Shown here: positions 9,371-18,301 of the stretch, one piece after another | How the letters are laid out: the number at the start of each line of letters is the position of its first letter | Numbering within the stretch: the stretch's first letter is position 1 | Assembly (NCBI GenBank): GCA_021810805.1 | Contig: JAJZHW010000005.1 | Coordinates: forward strand, 45,153-109,152 | DNA: 64,000 nucleotides | Reading direction: 5' to 3' | Source of the DNA: Nitrospirota bacterium | GTDB taxonomy: Bacteria; Nitrospirota; Leptospirillia; Leptospirillales; Leptospirillaceae | Notes under the pieces: model-generated | The model's database searches: none | What the model saw: only the letters and a program-made list of their open reading frames with translations | Told to the model about the DNA's origin: nothing | Program-made: the position numbers and the translations under genes

Positions 9371-10741
9371 TTAGACGACATAGACCTCAAGGGTATGGTC
9401 GACTCCGTCAGGAGAGAGGGATCTTTTGTCACGGATTGTCGGGCGTTTTTCTTCGGGGATTCGTTGTAAGATATCTCTGGAAATAAGAATCTCTCCCGCT
9501 GAAGCCTCCTGTTCGATCCTTGAGGCGATATTCACAGCGTCTCCTATCACAGTATACTCCATCCGGTTGCGGGATCCGATGTTGCCGAGGATTCCAAATC
9601 CGATATGCAGTCCGAATCCAAAGTCCACATGGGGCTTCCCGGCGTGGATCCGCTCCGATGAAAGGGTCTCGATTGTCGCTCTCATCTCAAGGGCACAGGC
9701 GACGGCAAGCTCCGGATGGCTGGGAAGAAACTCAGGAATGCCAAAAATGATCATGAGCCCGTCACCCATGATGTTGTTTACGGAGCCGTGGTATCGAAAG
9801 ACGAGGTCGATGAAGGCATCGAAGTAGCTGTTGAGGATCTCCACCACCTCTTCCGGAGCAAGTTTTGAGGAAAGACGTGTAAAATTCCGGATATCGCAAA
9901 AAAGAATGACCGCTTCCTGGCGAACACCTCCAAGGTGTATGCGTTCGGGGTGAAGAATCAGGGATTCGGCGACATCACGAGAGACATATCGGGCCAGAGC
10001 TTTTTCAAGCAGCTCCTTATGGAGAATCTCCTGCGCCATGCTGTTGAATGCGGTGACGAGATCGCTGGTTTCATCCGCGATGACAGGAGGGGCAACCGGT
10101 GAAAACTCGCCTTTGATGAGCCGAAGGGCAGCGTCGCGAAGCTCCCTGATAGGGCGAGAGAGAAAGGCGGCGAGTATGAGGGATCCCGCCAATGCCAGTG
10201 CGACACTTCCTCCTCCCAGAAGGAGAAAGGTTTCTCGTATGTTCTTTTGGACCTTTCGGTAGGGAGTGTCGGAAATGGAAAGAATAAGATGTCCGACCGG
10301 GAGTCCTTGGAAGGTGATCCGAGTTCGGAGGTCGAGGCGATGATGGGGGTTGGTCTCCGGGAAGGATCCGTTCTGTGAATTTTTTGAAGAGTTTAGCAAC
10401 AAAGAATTTTTGCTTTGAGGGCTATCCGGGCTATGATGGGGAAAGAGCTCTCCCATCAGATGGCCGTTTCGGTCGAGGACCTGAATGTCGAGAACCCCTT
10501 TGGCGTGCTCAAAGACGGAGAGGTTGTCTTCGATGCCAAGGCGGTCTCCGTTGAGAAGCGGCATCGCCAGGGAGCGGGATAGCTCCCTCATGAGAAGAAG
10601 ATTGTCGGACTGAAGCTGCTGTCGCGTCTCGAGAAGAATCGATTTTTCCAGAAGAATCGCCCCGATCAAAAGAGGGGGAGCCGCGATCAGAAGGGAAAGG
10701 CCGAAGATCTTGAAGAAAAGGGAAATTCTCATGGGAGTCAA
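9371..10741 (-). CDS. Membrane-bound class III adenylate/guanylate cyclase with periplasmic sensor and HAMP domain
   Basis: 456 aa; two TM segments, a HAMP region (RPIRELRDAALRLIKGEF...), and a cyclase core FCDIRNFTRLS...GDGLMIIFG...YTVIGDAVNIASR. Confidence 0.85.
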   Translation of the reverse strand: MTPMRISLFFKIFGLSLLIAAPPLLIGAILLEKSILLETRQQLQSDNLLLMRELSRSLAMPLLNGDRLGIEDNLSVFEHAKGVLDIQVLDRNGHLMGELFPHHSPDSPQSKNSLLLNSSKNSQNGSFPETNPHHRLDLRTRITFQGLPVGHLILSISDTPYRKVQKNIRETFLLLGGGSVALALAGSLILAAFLSRPIRELRDAALRLIKGEFSPVAPPVIADETSDLVTAFNSMAQEILHKELLEKALARYVSRDVAESLILHPERIHLGGVRQEAVILFCDIRNFTRLSSKLAPEEVVEILNSYFDAFIDLVFRYHGSVNNIMGDGLMIIFGIPEFLPSHPELAVACALEMRATIETLSSERIHAGKPHVDFGFGLHIGFGILGNIGSRNRMEYTVIGDAVNIASRIEQEASAGEILISRDILQRIPEEKRPTIRDKRSLSPDGVDHTLEVYVV

Positions 10742-10837
10742 GCCGGAAGGCTAATTGCCCCGATGAGATTCAGGGAGTGAGAAATTGTTCCGAAGAGCCT
10801 GTGTAAGGAAAAAAGAATCTCCCGGTGAGAGGATGGC

Positions 10838-12220
10838 ATGACACGATACGGATTCTGGGTTTTGCTTTTCATCTTTTTTTTCAGCCTAGGGCGCCCGGCT
10901 CCCTTTACGAGGGGTGACGGCTCTCCGTGCACCCCCTGTGGGGGAGAGATGCGCACTCCTTTTGGAATGAAGGCGAGCATCAACGATCTGAAGAAGTCTG
11001 AAAAGTACCTGAGAAACGATTTGGGTCTCTCGTCCGGGGAGGAAAATTCCTCGGAGCCACTCTGGGAACAATCCCTTAAAAGCCATCCCATTCTCATCTC
11101 CCTTGCGGGAATCATGTTTGTGGGGGGGGGAATTGCTTTTTTCATGATCATCAGTCGACAGAACCGGAAGATCCGAGAAGGCATGGAACTCGTCCGTGAA
11201 AATGCGGGAAAGTATGGGGGAGGGGGATATGGAACCTCCGTTGTCGCCCCCGCTCCCCTCAAGGAGGTCATCAAGGCCGCCGAGGAGAATGTTCGAAGTG
11301 GCAGGGAGATTCCTCCGGAGAAGGCTGTCAAGCAGATGGACAGCGTTCTCGATTCGCTTCGCGTGGCACTCGGGGCAGGCGGACGATCGGCCCGGCTGAC
11401 CCTCTTTCGCTACGATGAACCCGACGATCAGTTCCGGATCTGTGGCGTCAGCAACGGAGAGGACTTTAGCCTCAGGGGGACCGCTGTGTCACCGCCGGAG
11501 GTCGTCTTTACCAGTCCATTGCGAACGTTGACTCCTGTGGCCAAAGCCGGCAACAGCGCCATGGTCGACTCTTGGGTCTATCCGTTCGGCGCCGACGGTG
11601 GCGAGTTCTGCGTGCTTTTGGTTGAAATGATGGTCTCTCGCCCTCCCGACAACTGGCAGGAAAGCTTGCGGGAGTCGCTGCACCTTTTGAAATCCCTGAT
11701 CGGCCGCCAGGAGACGTCAGGGAGCGATCCGACGCTGACAACGCGGGACGCCACCGGATCCCTCGACTATCGCGCCACCATGAATCGTCTGATGGAGGAG
11801 CTGGCCAAGACAAAGAAAATGGGCATTTCCTTTTCCATCATTGCATTTCGGGTGGACAATCAAGATGAGGTCGAAAAACGTTACGGAGCGGCCCCTCTGG
11901 AAACCGCCTGGTCCAAGTTTACAGGCGCCATCTCTTCCACTCTTCGGCCGACTGACTGGGTGATGAGACCCCGGCCCGACCTCCTTCTCGTCCAGGTTCT
12001 TGAAGCAGGGGAGACAGAAAGCCAGGCGGTTTTGAGCCGAATCATGAGATCGCTGTCGAAGTTTTCGAGCTCAAGGACACTGGAAAAAGGTCTCCACTAC
12101 CGAGGAGTCATTGTCCCCTACCCAATCGACCTGGCTCCTTCGGTGGGGACATTCTTCGAACAAATTCTTCATAAGGTCGAAGGACAGGGATCAGTTGATG
12201 GAACCTTTTACTATTCTTGA
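10838..12220 (+). CDS. Membrane protein: short periplasmic CxxC loop, TM, GAF-like region and degenerate GGDEF-like domain
   Basis: 460 aa. The C-terminal block TRDATGSLDYRATMNRLMEE...FSIIAFRVDNQDEVEKRYG...PTDWVMRPRPDLLLVQ follows GGDEF-domain topology, but the GG(D/E)EF signature position reads RPRPDLL. Confidence 0.55.
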   Translation: MTRYGFWVLLFIFFFSLGRPAPFTRGDGSPCTPCGGEMRTPFGMKASINDLKKSEKYLRNDLGLSSGEENSSEPLWEQSLKSHPILISLAGIMFVGGGIAFFMIISRQNRKIREGMELVRENAGKYGGGGYGTSVVAPAPLKEVIKAAEENVRSGREIPPEKAVKQMDSVLDSLRVALGAGGRSARLTLFRYDEPDDQFRICGVSNGEDFSLRGTAVSPPEVVFTSPLRTLTPVAKAGNSAMVDSWVYPFGADGGEFCVLLVEMMVSRPPDNWQESLRESLHLLKSLIGRQETSGSDPTLTTRDATGSLDYRATMNRLMEELAKTKKMGISFSIIAFRVDNQDEVEKRYGAAPLETAWSKFTGAISSTLRPTDWVMRPRPDLLLVQVLEAGETESQAVLSRIMRSLSKFSSSRTLEKGLHYRGVIVPYPIDLAPSVGTFFEQILHKVEGQGSVDGTFYYS

Positions 12221-13155
12221 GGCTCCCCCGATTTTCCCCACCCATCCAGTATGGTCTGGAGCTCCTCCTGCGGGAGCGCCCCAATTTTTGCCGAAAATGT
12301 TTTAATGGACTCAATGTCCTTTTGTGCCCGTTTTTTGTGGCCAAGAGCCTCCTGGATTCCCGAGGCAGTCATCAGCTCTCGCGCTGCGGCTCGATAGTTT
12401 TTCTCGGCAAGGTGGACCAGGGCCAACCCCTCGAGATCGAAGGCCAGACCCGAAGGGTTGTGCAAAGATTGGTCAATCTTTCGTGCCTTCCCAAAAGCCT
12501 TTTGTGCCTCCCCCATCGTTCCTGAAAGCAGTGCGTTCCGTCCTATTCCGGCAAGATCTGTCGCCTGGCTCAGCTCATCCCCCCGGGCCTCGTCGATCGA
12601 CTGGGCTTTTTTATAGAGATCCACCGCCGGGCGATAGTGCTTTTGCAGTGAGAGACGTTCCCCCTGAACTTGATAAAGACGGGAGAGAAGCCGCTGGCGC
12701 CCATTCCCTTGGGTCCCTGCGAGGCTGGTGATATTCTTTTGGGCTTCGGCAATCCAATGGTTGGCCGAATCGGGAGGGGCTATTTCTGCGCCGAGAAGTA
12801 GTGTTTCAGCTTTAAGTGCAGGGAACTCTCCCAGAGCCTCAAGAAAAAGGGCGCGATCGATCCATTCGCTGGCCCTGTCATATCTTCCGGTCAGGATTCT
12901 CAGTCTGGCGAGGCGGTTCATGTCTGAAATCGTGGCAGGGAAGTCTGCCGACATTTGATGGCGGGCTAGGGCCTTCTTTACCGAGAGAATGGCCTGTCCT
13001 GGGTGGTTCTTTCGAAGAAGCTCCTGCGCGCTGCCCAAGTGTTCGGCTGCCCGAAGCCGATTCGGGTGTTCGATGGACGTTCCCCCGCACGCAGAAAGAA
13101 AAAGAGTCGTTCCAAGGATAACCCCAACCTTCAATTGTTCTTTTAATACGGTCAT
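12211..13155 (-). CDS. TPR-repeat lipoprotein, translationally coupled to mlaD
   Basis: 314 aa; signal peptide plus lipobox LFLSAC; repeated TPR-like A/L/Y helices; ATGA overlap with the mlaD stop (13152-13155). Confidence 0.65.
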   Translation of the reverse strand: MTVLKEQLKVGVILGTTLFLSACGGTSIEHPNRLRAAEHLGSAQELLRKNHPGQAILSVKKALARHQMSADFPATISDMNRLARLRILTGRYDRASEWIDRALFLEALGEFPALKAETLLLGAEIAPPDSANHWIAEAQKNITSLAGTQGNGRQRLLSRLYQVQGERLSLQKHYRPAVDLYKKAQSIDEARGDELSQATDLAGIGRNALLSGTMGEAQKAFGKARKIDQSLHNPSGLAFDLEGLALVHLAEKNYRAAARELMTASGIQEALGHKKRAQKDIESIKTFSAKIGALPQEELQTILDGWGKSGEPQE

Positions 13156-14066
13156 GGATGGGCTCCTCCGCTCCCGATTGTCGGCAGGGGGAGGGGAGTG
13201 CGCTGTCCCTGTCCGATGGCATCAATCGGGGGAGGGGGCGGTGGGATCATGTTCTTGACCGGCCAACTCTGTTTGACTCCGTTGAGAATTGTCTGAGTGG
13301 TATTCACTGTTCTGTCGGTAGCCGAGAGGACGGTTGTCGTCTTTTGTGTGATCTCGGGGAGTCGAGGCGTCGCTTTTTTAACGTCGTCGGCGATTCCCTG
13401 CAGTTTCTTGATAAGGGCAGGGAGGTCAGAGCTCATGTTCTTAATGTTTTCCGAGGTCTCTTTGACATTGAGTGTGGTCTTCTGAAGTTCGTCGTAGATC
13501 TCCTGTTTCCGGAGAATTGCTCCCACGGTTCCCTTGCCCCGGTCGATGGAGCTGGACAGATCCGCAATGTTTCGGACAATCCGTTGAAGATCGATGATTG
13601 TCGGATTGAGTTTTGCCATGATCTGTTCCATGGTCAGGGGGGTCTCGGCACGGATACTGGCTTTGTTCGCGATTTCAGGGAGCCAGGGGGTTCCAATGCT
13701 GATTCGAAGGGAGACGTCACCGGAGATGATTCCAGACTTCTTTACGGTAACAAAAGAGTCTTTCCGGATGAGGTTCTTATATTTTTTGAGAATTTTCATG
13801 GAAACCTTGATTTGGTTCAGTTTGGTGAAGTCCACAGAATCCACCTCTCCCACATCAAGACCTGCGAGCTTCACCGGTGTTCCCGGAACAATGCCATAGG
13901 TCTGATCGAGGACGGTATAGAGAAAGAATCGCTTGTCGAAAACATGCTGATGGACGCCGATTTCATAGAGGCCGAAGATGAATCCAATCAGCGGAACAAG
14001 GAGGAATATCCCTGCGAGCTGTTCAATCTTCTTTTCATTGGACTGATGGGCATGATGTAATTTCAT
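13152..14066 (-). CDS. mlaD: MCE/MlaD-family substrate-binding protein with a long C-terminal helical extension
   Basis: 304 aa; N-terminal TM, MCE core (GIVPGTPVKLAGLDVGEVDSV), then a helical tail and a proline-rich end. Confidence 0.8.
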   Translation of the reverse strand: MKLHHAHQSNEKKIEQLAGIFLLVPLIGFIFGLYEIGVHQHVFDKRFFLYTVLDQTYGIVPGTPVKLAGLDVGEVDSVDFTKLNQIKVSMKILKKYKNLIRKDSFVTVKKSGIISGDVSLRISIGTPWLPEIANKASIRAETPLTMEQIMAKLNPTIIDLQRIVRNIADLSSSIDRGKGTVGAILRKQEIYDELQKTTLNVKETSENIKNMSSDLPALIKKLQGIADDVKKATPRLPEITQKTTTVLSATDRTVNTTQTILNGVKQSWPVKNMIPPPPPPIDAIGQGQRTPLPLPTIGSGGAHP

Positions 14067-14179
14067 CGTTATTTACTGGGAACCCTAAAGGTTTGTCCGG
14101 TTAGGACCTTGGCCCCTCAGCCTCTCCTTCCTCGTGGTCGATGCCTGAGATCTTTGTCCTTCGATCGGCTCTCTTCTCA

Positions 14180-14869
14180 TCATGCCGGAACGAAGGCTTC
14201 AGAGACTCCGAAACCTTTTGGTGTCAGATATTCGATATTTTTGAAAAACGGCGCGGGTAAAATGCGCTTTCGTGACAAGAGCAGGACGGTGGTATTTCCG
14301 GTGTCGACAATTCTATGGAGAGCTTCGTTGATACGCCTGATCCCGTGGTCATCGAGCCCTTCGTAGGGGTCGTCGAGAATCAGAAGATCGGGGTTGTTCA
14401 CAATGGCTCTGACAAAGCCAATCTTTTTTATTTGATCCGTGTTCAGGTCGCAGGGATAGAGGGGAAGGAGCGGATGCAGTTCGAACTCCTCAAGGTAGGA
14501 GTCGATGCGCTCCATGATCCGTTCGGCTCCCAGCGAGTGTCCATACTTGAGTTGCAGGACAATATTCTGAAATATCGTCATGTTTTGAATCAAAATGCCC
14601 CGATCGGGAAGAAGTCCAATTTTTTTTCGTACATAGGAAAGCAATACGGCGGGGGGATCCGTCATCTCCCGCTCAAAGGCCTGATATTGCCCTTCCCAGA
14701 CGCAGAGAATGCCCATGATGGTTTTGACAAGCGCCGACTTCCCCACACCGCTCTCTCCAATGATCAGAGTATGCTCGCCCTTTTTTATCGAGAAGGTGAG
14801 AGGAAAGATCAGTGGCTCCCTCTGAGCGTATCCGATGGCGGCATTCTGAAATTCAATCAAGGTGTCCAC
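14180..14869 (-). CDS. MlaF-like ABC ATPase with degenerate catalytic motifs
   Basis: 229 aa; Walker A GESGVGKS is intact. The signature reads LNTDQ (not LSGGQ), Walker B reads LLILDDP (D in place of the catalytic E), and there is no His at the H-loop position (LLLSRK). Confidence 0.7.
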   Translation of the reverse strand: MDTLIEFQNAAIGYAQREPLIFPLTFSIKKGEHTLIIGESGVGKSALVKTIMGILCVWEGQYQAFEREMTDPPAVLLSYVRKKIGLLPDRGILIQNMTIFQNIVLQLKYGHSLGAERIMERIDSYLEEFELHPLLPLYPCDLNTDQIKKIGFVRAIVNNPDLLILDDPYEGLDDHGIRRINEALHRIVDTGNTTVLLLSRKRILPAPFFKNIEYLTPKGFGVSEAFVPA

Positions 14870-14916
14870 GAGATCTCCTGTGGGAAGGATGACGCATATA
14901 TGGAATCCGTCCCACC

Positions 14917-15720
14917 TTATGTCATGGAAGAAAAGATCAGATAGAGACTCAGTGCCACGGTGGAGAGGGCCAAAGCGCTCACCAGAGCCAGCCGTGTTTC
15001 TGTCGGGACCTCCCTGGCCGATCGTTTTACCCGCAACCCATGATAGACGCTTACGGAGGAGATGATCAGTCCGTAAAAGAGTCCTTCAAGAAGGGGAAGC
15101 ATGAGATCAGAGAGGCGAATATTCATTTCAATCATGCGGACAAGAGTCGCGACAGGCATGGAGAGACCCATGAGTGCCATGGCAAATCCCCCTGCCATGG
15201 CAATGATACCAAAATAAAAGGTCAACGCGATCGTGGAGACAATGATTCCAATGATATTGGGAGTAATGATGAGATAAGAAAGGTTGACTCCCAGCATTTC
15301 AATCGTGTCGAGTTCTCCTGACACGCGCATGTTTCCGATTTCGACGGCGAGTCCTGATGTTGATCGGGCAATGACAATGAGGGCAGTTGCAAAGGGGCCG
15401 ACGATCCCGAAGATGACATGTAGGACGATCGTTCCTACAAGGTTCTGGATGCCGAGCTTGGGGAGTTCGATGCCTGTTTCCGCCACCACCCCGGCACCCA
15501 CGAGAAGGGCCACCACGGTAATAATAGGCAAAGCGCTGAGTCCAGCAGTGACGATGGCGTGAAGATACAAATGGAGTGAGATCTTTCTGGAGAGCGTCTG
15601 GCGAATCAGGTCATAGACGCTTGTCAGAATGATTTGGAGAAGATCTCTAAAGTAGTGATAGAGCTTTAAAGGGCTAATGAGCTCGAGAATGCCGATATGT
15701 CTTCCCTCAATTTGGTCACA
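14917..15720 (-). CDS. mlaE: MlaE-family ABC permease; true start uncertain (no ATG/GTG/TTG in the conserved N-terminal extension)
   Basis: The ORF track starts at TTG 15570 (217 aa), but the frame stays open to 15720. The extra 50 codons (IEGRHIGILELISPLKLYHYFRDLLQIILTSVYDLIRQTLSRKISLH) look like the normal MlaE N-terminus. Confidence 0.75.
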   Translation of the reverse strand, partial: CDQIEGRHIGILELISPLKLYHYFRDLLQIILTSVYDLIRQTLSRKISLHLYLHAIVTAGLSALPIITVVALLVGAGVVAETGIELPKLGIQNLVGTIVLHVIFGIVGPFATALIVIARSTSGLAVEIGNMRVSGELDTIEMLGVNLSYLIITPNIIGIIVSTIALTFYFGIIAMAGGFAMALMGLSMPVATLVRMIEMNIRLSDLMLPLLEGLFYGLIISSVSVYHGLRVKRSAREVPTETRLALVSALALSTVALSLYLIFSSMT

Positions 15721-15747
15721 TCATTCAGAAAAAAGATCGCTTTGACG

Positions 15748-16749
15748 TTAAGGCTGATTCTTTTGGGAGACCGTCTCTCCGTTGAGCGCCAGCAGAAAGT
15801 CCACGAGTTCGATTTTTTCCTGTTTCGTCAGGTGAAGGGGCTGTAGAAGTGGATCCTTTGTTTTGAAAGGGGATTTTCCTCCCCCCTTGTTGTAAAAGTC
15901 TACAACTTGCTTGAGAGTCTTGAAGGCCCCATCATGCATGTAGGGAGAGGTGAGCGCCACATTTCGTAGGGGCGAGGTACGGAATTTACCCTTGTCGGCA
16001 GGGTCATGCGAAATGGCATAGCGGCCGACATCGGTGGAGAGCGTTCCCATCTGGGGAACCCCCAGATTGTGATAGGACTGGTCGGTAAGAAGAGCCCCTG
16101 AATGGCAGAGAACGCAACGGGCCTTTCCCTTGAAGAGAAGAAAGCCTTTTTGAGCGCTTGGAGAGAGGGCTTTCTTTTCTCCCATCAGATATCGGTCGTA
16201 GGGCGTGTTCGGTGTCAGAAGAGTCCGTTCGTAAGCGGCAATGGCTTCACCGATCCGGTCAATGGACACATCTCCTCCAAAGACCTCCCGAAAGGATCGG
16301 TGATAAAAGGGGATCTTGCGAAGTCTGTCAACAACGCTCTGGTTCGTCGGGTTTTCCATTTCGACAGGATTGGTCAGGGGGCCGATGGCTTGCTCTTCAA
16401 GACTCCCGGCTCGACCATCCCAGAACTGGCGATCGAGATAGGCGGCATTGAGTGCCGATGGGGCATTTCGCCCCCCGCGCTTTCCTCCCACACCGATTGA
16501 AACGGGGCGTGGATCGGCAAAGCCGGCCTTGGGCATATGACAAAAAGCGCAACTGATGGAGCCATTGACGGAAAGTTTCGGGTCAAAGAAGAGCTTTTTG
16601 CCGAGGGCAACCTTGGCGGGGGTTTGCAAATTAGACAGGGGAACAGGCGGGGAGGGCGGAAGCGGAACAAGGGGCTGGGCCATCGCTTTTTCCCCAATCC
16701 ACCCGTTGAGAGCCACTGCCACGATGGACAACGCGATCATTCTTTTCAT
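15748..16749 (-). CDS. Di-haem cytochrome c peroxidase (CCP/MauG family)
   Basis: 333 aa; signal peptide; two CXXCH motifs (CAFCH, CVLCH); conserved ...PSALNAAY...FWDGRA...PLRNVALTSPYMHDG. Confidence 0.9.
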   Translation of the reverse strand: MKRMIALSIVAVALNGWIGEKAMAQPLVPLPPSPPVPLSNLQTPAKVALGKKLFFDPKLSVNGSISCAFCHMPKAGFADPRPVSIGVGGKRGGRNAPSALNAAYLDRQFWDGRAGSLEEQAIGPLTNPVEMENPTNQSVVDRLRKIPFYHRSFREVFGGDVSIDRIGEAIAAYERTLLTPNTPYDRYLMGEKKALSPSAQKGFLLFKGKARCVLCHSGALLTDQSYHNLGVPQMGTLSTDVGRYAISHDPADKGKFRTSPLRNVALTSPYMHDGAFKTLKQVVDFYNKGGGKSPFKTKDPLLQPLHLTKQEKIELVDFLLALNGETVSQKNQP

Positions 16750-16769
16750 CGTTGCTCCTTAAGCGATTT

Positions 16770-16804
16770 TTCAGAGAGTGAATGTTAGCGAAACATTCTC
16801 TGAA
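16770..16804. repeat. Imperfect inverted repeat 21-55 nt upstream of the peroxidase ATG
   Basis: TTCAGAGA-gtga-ATGTT agcga AACAT-TCTCTGAA. Arms pair 8+5 bp with a 4-nt bulge. Confidence 0.6.
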
Positions 16805-16974
16805 ACTCATTGTGCCGTTCCTGAATTCACATTAGCATAACATGCAGGAATATTCTATTTATCCAAAGAATAGTAATATGTGTTAGTAACTTGAAAGGAT
16901 CGAGGGTTCAGCATTCGAAGCTGAGAAGCCCGGACATCGCTGCCAAGGGGCAAGTTTTTTCGTTTTGTGTTTAC

Positions 16975-16988
16975 ATAATGTACATTAT
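16975..16988. repeat. Perfect 14-nt palindrome ATAATGTACATTAT in an AT-rich spacer
   Basis: Read directly; the reverse complement of ATAATGT is ACATTAT. Function unknown. Confidence 0.7.
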
Positions 16989-17044
16989 TTGCGGTAAGAG
17001 ATGAAATACAGTTGGTATACAATAAGTCAACTTAACTCTCACAT

Positions 17045-18301
17045 TCATCCCCCTTTTCCCCAGAGAACCGACACAGGAGCCGCATAAATATTGTCTCCCA
17101 AAGGAAGAGTGAGTTTCCCTTCATGGAGAATGAGTCCAAGGACAAGCTGCTCTCCAAGAATTCCCCGAAGCTTTCTCAATCCACGAAGGTCCTCCGGTGT
17201 GACGTTCGTGCTCGCCTTGATTTCGACCGCGACAATCCGGCCGGACCGATCTTCGCAGAGAAGATCCACTTCGTTCTGCTCCTTGTCCCGGTAATGGCTT
17301 AAAAACAGACTTTCGGAGTACCACTCGGACTGTTTCTTGATCTCAGAGACCACAAATGTCTCAAGAAGCGATCCGTAGAGCGAGCGATCTCGGTCGAGCC
17401 TCTCCCGGGTGAGTCCTGTTGCAAGGGATTGAAGTCCTGAGTCGAGGGCATAGATCCTGGGGCTTTTCAGGATTCTCGAGGAGAGGTTTGTCTGCCAGGG
17501 TTCGAGGCGGTGGACCAAAAAGAGCTGTTCCAGGAGAAAGACATACTGCTTTGCGGTCTTGTCATTGAGCCCCAGGGTTCCTCCCCATTGCGTAAAGTTC
17601 GGAATTTGTCCGGACCGGGAGACGACAAGCCGAAAAAGTCGGGAGAGGGTTTCATGCTTTTCGATCCCCGAAATCTCGCCGACATCCCGAGAGAACAAGG
17701 CGTCAAGATAGCTTTTGGCCCATCGCATTCGCCGTTCGGGGTCCGTTCGGGTGAGAAGTTCGGGGTATCCCCCGGTCAGGACCGAGTCTTGGATCGATGT
17801 TCCATCATCGCCAAGAGAAATCTCCGGAAGCCGTCCATCAAAGGCCATTTTCAGAAATGACGGAGGGGTGGCAGTGATCTCCGCACGCGACAGAGGGAGC
17901 AATGAAATGATTTCCATTCTCCCGGCAAGGCTTTCGGACACGGTGGGAAGAGTGATGATGTCGGCGGATCCGGTCAGGAGAAATCGTCCGGGTCGCCGGT
18001 CCTGGTCAACGGATTTTTTGATGGCCAAAAGAAGATCGGGAGCCCGTTGAATTTCGTCGATCGTGAACCTTTGTCGTGAGGACACCAAGCCTTCGGGATC
18101 CCGCTTGGCCGAAAGAAGGACATTCTGATCGTCGAGAGTCAGGTAGGTGCGGTCATCCACGATGGAAAACTGCTGAACGAGAGTGCTTTTTCCGGCCTGA
18201 CGGGGTCCGATGAGCAGGACAACGGGTGTATCGCCGAGGGCGGCTTTGAGCCGGTCTTCTGAAAATCGAGGATAGAGGGAGCGCACTCCCGTCTCGGGCA
18301 T
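17045..18301 (-). CDS. AAA+ ATPase with C-terminal DUF4143 / PD-(D/E)xK nuclease-like domain (COG1373 type)
   Basis: 418 aa; Walker A GPRQAGKST, Walker B FTIDEIQ, and a C-terminal nuclease-like motif EVDLLCED...IVAVEIKAS. The gene and both flanks are visibly less GC-rich than their neighbours. Confidence 0.8.
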   Translation of the reverse strand: MPETGVRSLYPRFSEDRLKAALGDTPVVLLIGPRQAGKSTLVQQFSIVDDRTYLTLDDQNVLLSAKRDPEGLVSSRQRFTIDEIQRAPDLLLAIKKSVDQDRRPGRFLLTGSADIITLPTVSESLAGRMEIISLLPLSRAEITATPPSFLKMAFDGRLPEISLGDDGTSIQDSVLTGGYPELLTRTDPERRMRWAKSYLDALFSRDVGEISGIEKHETLSRLFRLVVSRSGQIPNFTQWGGTLGLNDKTAKQYVFLLEQLFLVHRLEPWQTNLSSRILKSPRIYALDSGLQSLATGLTRERLDRDRSLYGSLLETFVVSEIKKQSEWYSESLFLSHYRDKEQNEVDLLCEDRSGRIVAVEIKASTNVTPEDLRGLRKLRGILGEQLVLGLILHEGKLTLPLGDNIYAAPVSVLWGKGG

